The notes under the pieces: generated by a model
The model's database searches: none
The model's input: only the letters and a program-made list of their open reading frames with translations
Told to the model about the DNA's origin: nothing
Part shown: positions 57,648-64,000 of the stretch, piece by piece
How positions within the stretch are numbered: position 1 is the stretch's first letter
Layout of the letters: every line of letters starts with the position of its first letter
Origin: Selaginella moellendorffii
Taxonomy: Eukaryota > Plantae > Lycopodiophyta
Direction of reading: 5' to 3'
Assembly (NCBI RefSeq): GCF_000143415.4
Contig: NW_003314412.1
Span: 62,001 to 126,000 of the forward strand
DNA: 64,000 nucleotides
Made by a program: the position numbers and the translations under genes

Positions 57648-59483
57648 ATGCGTCCAAGGACGAGGATTCTAGCGCATTCTCTCCGCGATCGCTTCCCGGC
57701 ACTCGTAGCGCTCCAGGGAATCAACACGATCGCGCTGCTCGTGTCGGCATTGAAGGCGTGCGCGAGCTCGCGGCAGCTCGAATCGGGCAAGAGGATCCAC
57801 GCCGATGCAATGCGCTCTGGCGAGCACAGGAATGCGTTCGTGGCGACGACGCTGATCTCTATGTACGCGAAGTGTGGCAGCATGGCGGATTCTCGCAAGG
57901 TTTTCGATGCCATGGCCGTGAGAGGCGTGGTTGCCTGGACGGCGCTCGTTCTTGGCTACGCCGAGAATGGAGAGGCGAGGCTGGCGCTGGAACTCTTCTC
58001 TAGAATGGAGGAGCCGGCGGATGGGCCAGCGTTCGTGGCAGCGGCTATGGCCTGTGCGATCGCAGCGGTGGAAGAACAGGGCAGGGAAATCGATGGAAAG
58101 GTTTACAAGTTGTGGAGCTTGGAGAAAGGGATGGGGCTCCACTCCCGAGCGGCGAAACTTGGTTTCGATCGATCTAGCTCCTTTCTCGCCAACACTCTGC
58201 TGGATTTGTACGCTAAGTGTGGGAGCTTGGTGGATTCGTGGAGAGTTTTCGAGACTATAGCTTCGCCGTGTGTGGTGTCGTGGACGGCTTTGATACAGGG
58301 ACATGTAGAAAATGGTGAGACCCAAGCTGGATTGGAGCTCTTCGACTATGTTCTTGGGAGAAAGATCTGCGAGCCAAACTCGAGAACTTACGTAGCTGCT
58401 TTGCTCGCTTGCGCGGAGCTGGCTGAGAAAGAAGATGGAACGCAAGTTTTCCTCCAAGAAACTGGAAAGGTGGCTGCTGTAAGGCTGAAGAGTTTGGAGA
58501 GATGCTTCGAGCTTCACTCTCAGGCGCTGGAGCGGGGATTTGCGTCGGATAGATTCATCGAAAATGCGCTGGTGAGGCTCTACTCCAAAAGTGGAAGCAT
58601 GGCCGATGCTTTCTTGGTTTTCCAAGGTATGATCTCTCCCGACGTCGTTTCTTGGACTGCTCTTATTCTCGGCTACGAACTAAATGGTGACAGTGAACAG
58701 GCTCTGGAATGTTTCATGCAAATGGAGCGCTCGGATTGTAGACCGGACGCTCGGACTTTCACTGCCGCACTCACGGCTTCCACAACTCTGGCGGCTTTTG
58801 ATGCTGGGAGAAGAATCGATGCTCTAGTAACTGGCCAGGGACTGGAGAGCGAGCCGTTTCTCTCGGCTTGCCTGGTGGACTTCTACAGCAAGTGCGGACG
58901 TGTGGAAGCTGCTCGCTACATCTTCGACTCGACTGCTGCCGTTGGAGTTGTGCACTGGGGAGCGTTGATGGCTGGCTATGGTCGGCAAGGAGAGAGCGAA
59001 GAGGTGATCACTCTTTTCGGCAGGCTTGTCGATGAAGGTCTCAAACCGAATGCCGTCGTCCTCCTAGCAGTTCTCAGTGCTTGCAGTCACGCTGGTCTCC
59101 TCGAGAAAGGACGGAAGCTTTTCGGTTCTATGAAACCGGTCTATGGTGTCCAGCCAGGTATCGAGCACTATCATGCCATGATTGATCTTCTCGGCCGGTC
59201 TAACCATTTGGACGACGCAGTGACCATGATCACAGACATGCCATACAAGCCGACGGTGGTGACATGGAGGACGCTGCTAGGTGCTTGCTGGAAGATGAAA
59301 AACGTTGCTGTGGGAAGGATGGCTTTCGACTCAATCATGGAGCTGGATCCAGGTGAAGTCTCAGCTCACATTCTCATGTCCAACATCTATGGAAGCCTTG
59401 GGATGTTTGTGGAGAAAGCCAAAGTTCGTGCGATGGGTGGCTTGGATGAGGAGGCGCTCGAGCACGAGTCCTGGAATTTGTAG
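57648..59483 (+). CDS. PLS-class PPR protein, E-type, with elongated L motifs
   Basis: 611-aa intronless ORF with ACSHAGLL, HYHAMIDLLGR and ILMSNIY. Start codon is uncertain. Confidence 0.9.
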   Translation: MRPRTRILAHSLRDRFPALVALQGINTIALLVSALKACASSRQLESGKRIHADAMRSGEHRNAFVATTLISMYAKCGSMADSRKVFDAMAVRGVVAWTALVLGYAENGEARLALELFSRMEEPADGPAFVAAAMACAIAAVEEQGREIDGKVYKLWSLEKGMGLHSRAAKLGFDRSSSFLANTLLDLYAKCGSLVDSWRVFETIASPCVVSWTALIQGHVENGETQAGLELFDYVLGRKICEPNSRTYVAALLACAELAEKEDGTQVFLQETGKVAAVRLKSLERCFELHSQALERGFASDRFIENALVRLYSKSGSMADAFLVFQGMISPDVVSWTALILGYELNGDSEQALECFMQMERSDCRPDARTFTAALTASTTLAAFDAGRRIDALVTGQGLESEPFLSACLVDFYSKCGRVEAARYIFDSTAAVGVVHWGALMAGYGRQGESEEVITLFGRLVDEGLKPNAVVLLAVLSACSHAGLLEKGRKLFGSMKPVYGVQPGIEHYHAMIDLLGRSNHLDDAVTMITDMPYKPTVVTWRTLLGACWKMKNVAVGRMAFDSIMELDPGEVSAHILMSNIYGSLGMFVEKAKVRAMGGLDEEALEHESWNL

Positions 59484-59825
59484 AACAGGCACTTTACATC
59501 ATACTTCAGTTCTATGCTACCAGGAATGGATTCAACACTTCAAAAGGTCTGCTTATCTCTTTTCATGTCTCGGATAGATTAATTAAACTTTTCTTTCAGT
59601 GTGTCGCGCGAAAGCATATGAGAAGCTGCGGGCCGTCAGATGAGACTATACACTAGGGTTGAGCGAGAGGCGCTGGAGTTTTCGCGAAGGTTAGAAAGGA
59701 TTCCTTGCGGCATTGGAATGGGTCCCGGAAATGCGCGTAAGTACTTTGAGCAGGAGCTCCACTTATTGCTGACGATCCTCACATGATGGTTTTCTTTTTC
59801 TTCTACAGTAGCAGCAGCTGTCTAA

Positions 59826-62800
59826 ATGATGTGGTTCTGCTACAGTCTTCGAGCTGCATGGAGATCTTCTGCTCAAAGAGATGGTAGACACTTTTCCAGG
59901 ATAGCGAAGCAGACTGAAGAGCGGCAAAGAGTGTCGGACTTGCTCGCAGCTTTGAAGGACGCCAACAAATCCAGGGACTTGGAAAAAGCAAGGAAAATCC
60001 ACGCAGATGCTGTCGCGAGTAAGGACGACAAGAACATCTACGTAGCTAGCAGCTTGGTGAGGTTGTTTTCGAAATGCGGGAGCATGGTGGATGCTCGCAA
60101 CGTGTTCGACAAAATACCGCGGCCGAATGTGGTTTCCTGGACATCACTGATTTCCGGCTATGTTCTCGATGGCAAAAGCGAGGTAGCTCTGGACATGTTC
60201 TCTCGCATGCAGACTAAAGGCTGTGCTCCAGACGCTCAGACTTTTGCTGCCGCACTCAAGGCTTGCACGGGGATGGCTGCAAAAGAAGAAGGCAAGCTTG
60301 TCAAGGGGAGAGTTGTGAAGCCGAAAGCTCTTCAAACAGGGATCGCTATACACTCTCAAGTTAAAAAGAGCAGCTGCGACGCAGACGTGATCCTGGCCAA
60401 CACACTTATTGATTTCTACACGAAGTGTGGAAGCATGGCTGAAGCTAAGGAGGTTTTCGACGGGATTCAGAAGCCGGATGTGGTGTCCTGGACGTCATTG
60501 ATACTGGGATATGCACAGAATGGGGAAGGACAAGTAGCTTTGGACTTGTACCAAGACATGAAGTCCAGCGGGTGTTCACCAAATGGTCAGACGTTTTTGG
60601 CTGCTCTAAAGGCCTGCACGGATCTGGCAGCAAAAGAAGAGAGCAGCAAGGTTGATGGAAGTCTGTTGCGAGTCTCCACGTTGGCCAAAGGCAGGGAAAT
60701 ACACTCAGAAGCTACAAAGAACAGGTTCGACTCAGACATCTTCGTTGCGAACACGCTCATCGACATGTACGCGAAGTGTGGGAGCATGACTGAAGCGATG
60801 AGCGTATTTGAGAGGATTCCACGACGAGCAGTGGTGTCCTGGAACGCGCTGATGCTGGGCTATGTTCACAACGGGCAGGCAGAGGTGACCTTTCGTCTGT
60901 TCGAAAGGATGAGATCGGAAGGATGTGCACCAAACGGCCAGACTTTTGTTGCTGCTCTCAAGGCGTGCTCTGGCTTGGCTGCCAAAGAGGAAGGCGAGCA
61001 AGTCGACAGCAAAGTCGTGAAAGTATGGTCGCTACAAAGAGGCATAGAAGTCTACTCTGCGGCATCAAAATGCGGCTTCGACTCGGATATATATGTGGCA
61101 AACACGGCAGTGGACATGTACGCGAAGTGTGGGAGCATGAGACACGCTCGAGAAGTCTTTGAGAAGATTTTGCATCCGGACGTGATTTCCTGGACGGCTC
61201 TGGTATCGGGATTTGCTCAAAACGGTGAAGGTGGTGTAGCTCTGGAGTATTTTGAGCGCATGCAAGCTCAAGGCTGTCCGCCGAATGGCCAGACTTATGT
61301 GGCTGCTCTCAAAGCTTGCATCGACCTGGCCACCAACGAAGATGCAAAGCTGGTGGAAGGAAAGCTTGTGAAAGCTGGCTCGTTGGAGAAAGGGGAAGAT
61401 GTTCACTCTCAAGCGGCAAAGCGTGGCTACGAGTCGGACATATTTGTGGCCAGCGCTTTGATCGACATGTATTCCAAGTGTGGGAGCATGGCGAGTGCTC
61501 GAGAGGTTTTCAACGGGATGAAGCGGCGGGACGCTGTGGTCTGGAATGCACTCATGCTGGGCTTCGCTCTAAACGGTGCCAGTGACGAAGCCTTGGAGCT
61601 GTTTACTCTCATGCAATCCCAAGGCTGTGATCCGGACGCTCAAACGTTTGCTGCTGCGTTGAAGGCCTGTTCCAGCTTCCTGAGTGAAGACGGTAAAGCG
61701 GACGACGAGAGGACAAAGAGAGCTTTGGAGAAAGCTTCGTTGATCCATTCCCAAGCAGCGAAGTTTGGGTTTGACACGGATATATTCGTCGCGAGTATGC
61801 TGGTCGATCTCTACGCAAGGTGTGGAAGCATGAGAGAAGCTCGTCAAGTTTTTGAAAGAATACCCCGGAAGAAACATAACGTGGTCTCGTGGACTACCTT
61901 GATCGCCGGCTATGCTCAGAACGATGAACCGGAAGACGCTCTCGAGCTGTTTCAACGGATGCTGGTCGAAGGCTTTGCACCAAATGCTCAAACTTTCTTG
62001 GCAGCACTGAAGGCCTGTGGAAGTTTGGCAGCTCTGGCAATTGGGAAGGCAATTCACTCGACTATTTCCAGATATGGAGCTGAAGGCGTTGCATCCGTGT
62101 CCAACACTCTCGTGCTCTTGTATGGTAAATGCGGGAGTATCACTGGTGCTGAGCAAGTTTTCTACTCGACTACCGCGAAGGACGTCGTGACTTGGAACGC
62201 ACTGATGGCGAGCTATGGTCACTTGGGAGACACAGCGGCTTTGTTCCGGCTGAGCCAACAAATGCTGGAGGAAGGCTTAAAACCGGACGGGATTACTTTC
62301 AACTTCATCCTCACTGCGTGCAGCCATGCCGGCTTGGTCGACAAAGGGAAGCACTACTTCCAGGCAATGAGCTCGTCGGAGTATGGAGTAACTCCAGATC
62401 TGGAGCACTATCACTGTATGGTGGACTTACTCGGGCGTGGAAACAAGCTAGACGAGGCTGTCGAGATGGCGAAAACGATGCCGTTCAAGCCGAGCGTGAT
62501 CACTTGGACGACCATCTTAGCAGCAAGCAGGAAATGGAAGAATGTTGCGGCTGGAAAGCTCGCCTTTGACGAGCTGCTTTCGCTGAACGAGAAACAAGCT
62601 GCATCGTACGTGCTTATGGCAAACATCTACGCTGCTGCTGGAATGTGGGAGGAGAAGGCCAAAGTTCATGCGATGAGGAAGGATGCGAAGGCTTGGAAGA
62701 AGCCCGGACAGAGCTGGTGGACTGACGAGCGTGGAATCATCCATAAGTTTGTAGCCGGAGACAGAACTCACGCGCAAAGGGACGAGATTGGCGAGAAGTT

Positions 62801-63113
62801 GAAGCTTCTCGAGGCTGCTATCAAGGATCAGGGGTACGTTGCGGACGTAGGAGCCGTTGCATGGGACATTCCGGACGAGGATAAAGAGGAGTCGCTTTGC
62901 GGCCACAGCGAGAGGCTGGCTATCGCCTGTGCTCTCGTGAATTCTCCAGCAGGAACAACGATTCGTATCGGCAAGAATCTGCGTGTCTGCGAGGACTGCC
63001 ACAAGGCAACGGGCTTCATCTCCAAGGTGGAAAAGCGAGTCATCGTTTGCCGAGACGCCAGCCGGTTTCATGTTTTCGAGGATGGAAAATGCTCTTGCGG
63101 AGATTTTTGGTGA
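59826..63113 (+). CDS. PLS-class PPR-DYW RNA editing factor (ends DFW)
   Basis: 1095-aa ORF with PG box KKPGQSWW, HSERLA, KNLRVCEDCH, RDASRFHVF and CSCGDFW. Confidence 0.96.
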   Translation: MMWFCYSLRAAWRSSAQRDGRHFSRIAKQTEERQRVSDLLAALKDANKSRDLEKARKIHADAVASKDDKNIYVASSLVRLFSKCGSMVDARNVFDKIPRPNVVSWTSLISGYVLDGKSEVALDMFSRMQTKGCAPDAQTFAAALKACTGMAAKEEGKLVKGRVVKPKALQTGIAIHSQVKKSSCDADVILANTLIDFYTKCGSMAEAKEVFDGIQKPDVVSWTSLILGYAQNGEGQVALDLYQDMKSSGCSPNGQTFLAALKACTDLAAKEESSKVDGSLLRVSTLAKGREIHSEATKNRFDSDIFVANTLIDMYAKCGSMTEAMSVFERIPRRAVVSWNALMLGYVHNGQAEVTFRLFERMRSEGCAPNGQTFVAALKACSGLAAKEEGEQVDSKVVKVWSLQRGIEVYSAASKCGFDSDIYVANTAVDMYAKCGSMRHAREVFEKILHPDVISWTALVSGFAQNGEGGVALEYFERMQAQGCPPNGQTYVAALKACIDLATNEDAKLVEGKLVKAGSLEKGEDVHSQAAKRGYESDIFVASALIDMYSKCGSMASAREVFNGMKRRDAVVWNALMLGFALNGASDEALELFTLMQSQGCDPDAQTFAAALKACSSFLSEDGKADDERTKRALEKASLIHSQAAKFGFDTDIFVASMLVDLYARCGSMREARQVFERIPRKKHNVVSWTTLIAGYAQNDEPEDALELFQRMLVEGFAPNAQTFLAALKACGSLAALAIGKAIHSTISRYGAEGVASVSNTLVLLYGKCGSITGAEQVFYSTTAKDVVTWNALMASYGHLGDTAALFRLSQQMLEEGLKPDGITFNFILTACSHAGLVDKGKHYFQAMSSSEYGVTPDLEHYHCMVDLLGRGNKLDEAVEMAKTMPFKPSVITWTTILAASRKWKNVAAGKLAFDELLSLNEKQAASYVLMANIYAAAGMWEEKAKVHAMRKDAKAWKKPGQSWWTDERGIIHKFVAGDRTHAQRDEIGEKLKLLEAAIKDQGYVADVGAVAWDIPDEDKEESLCGHSERLAIACALVNSPAGTTIRIGKNLRVCEDCHKATGFISKVEKRVIVCRDASRFHVFEDGKCSCGDFW

Positions 63114-63386
63114 GCGAAAGAGGTAAGCTAAGTTCTGGACTGCAACTTCGTGGTGTATTAACTTTCATATGCTAGGGCTGTGGAAGGAGGAAGCCAAGTT
63201 TTTCTTCCTGGAATGAGGTATGTGGGTGTTTTCCATTAAGCTCCTCTAGCTCAAGGGCAACTCATTTCACACTTTCCGGGATAACACGATGAGAGCGCGC
63301 TCGCACCACGAAGAATGCAGACATTGGTTCGTGTTTTCCATTTTTCTTAGTTTTCATTCCACTTTCTTTCAGCTGAATTCGCAGCA

Positions 63387-64000
63387 ATGACGACGAGCCA
63401 AGTTTATCACTCCACAGATTCTTTCGACAAGCTGAAGCCCAAGAACAGGCGGCACGAAAATAAAGAGGCTCTCAAACTCTACGACCAGCTGCAGCACGAC
63501 GGTGCAAGACACAGCGTTCCGGTCATCCTCGCGGCTCTCAAGTCATGCAGCGTGTCGAGAGACATCGAGACAGGGATGAAGATCCACGCGAACGTGGTTT
63601 CAGGCAGCAGATTCCACACCAACATCTACATTCTAAACAGCCTCTTGGACCTCTACTCCAAGTGTGGCAGTATGGTGGACGCTCAACTAGTTTTCGACCG
63701 GATGCCAGTCCACACCATCGTCTCCTGGAACACTATCATCAAAGGATACACTCACAGCGGCAAAGGTAGCTTGGCACTTGATCTTTTCTCCAGCATGCAG
63801 CAACAAGGCTGTCAACCAAACTCGAGAAGTTTTGTCGCAGCGATCGGTGCGGTAACGAGCTTGCTAGCAGCTGAAGGCAACGACGAAGCCGAGAACAAAC
63901 TCAATTGTCTCGAGAAAGGAATGGCTCTGCATTCCTCGGCTTGCAAGGCGGGCTACGATCTTGACATGTTCGTGGCAAGCAGTCTGGTGGATCTGTACGC
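63387..64000 (+). CDS. PLS-class PPR protein, N-terminal part (runs off the window)
   Basis: ALKSC...GMKIHA, NSLLDLYSKCGSMVDAQLVFDRM, VSWNTIIKGY and an elongated L motif. The frame is open to the end of the window. Confidence 0.88.
   Translation, partial: MTTSQVYHSTDSFDKLKPKNRRHENKEALKLYDQLQHDGARHSVPVILAALKSCSVSRDIETGMKIHANVVSGSRFHTNIYILNSLLDLYSKCGSMVDAQLVFDRMPVHTIVSWNTIIKGYTHSGKGSLALDLFSSMQQQGCQPNSRSFVAAIGAVTSLLAAEGNDEAENKLNCLEKGMALHSSACKAGYDLDMFVASSLVDLY

Overview
Gene-dense land-plant genomic DNA with very short (about 50-100 nt) introns, tiny intergenic gaps and many PLS-class PPR genes. This is most consistent with the lycophyte Selaginella (inference from architecture, not a database match). 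Intact genes: GT90/CAP10 glycosyltransferase, a divergent intronless PP2C, class III peroxidase, glucosidase II beta subunit, GT47 exostosin, three class I small HSPs with heat-shock-element arrays, an E2F with two U12-type introns, a CERK1-type LysM receptor kinase, RsmB/Sun methyltransferase, a TolB/PD40-repeat protein, APE1L, a CCCH zinc finger, TITAN-like/CCDC84, five PPR genes (one DYW-type, one partial) and three tRNAs (2x Val-CAC, Leu-TAA). Mobile and repeat content: a Cassandra-like TRIM whose LTRs carry a 5S rRNA-derived internal promoter region (4133-4897, with solo-LTR relics at 43.1-43.5 kb), a compact non-chromovirus Ty3/gypsy element with a 4-bp ATAT TSD (24683-29597), a palindromic 96-bp minisatellite and nested inverted repeats. 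The 18-35 kb region is a mosaic of local duplications (sHSP, GT47, tRNA-Leu, PPR, peroxidase, tRNA-Val), and a detached sHSP promoter lies at about 42.9-43.1 kb. Exon boundaries were read by eye and are approximate.
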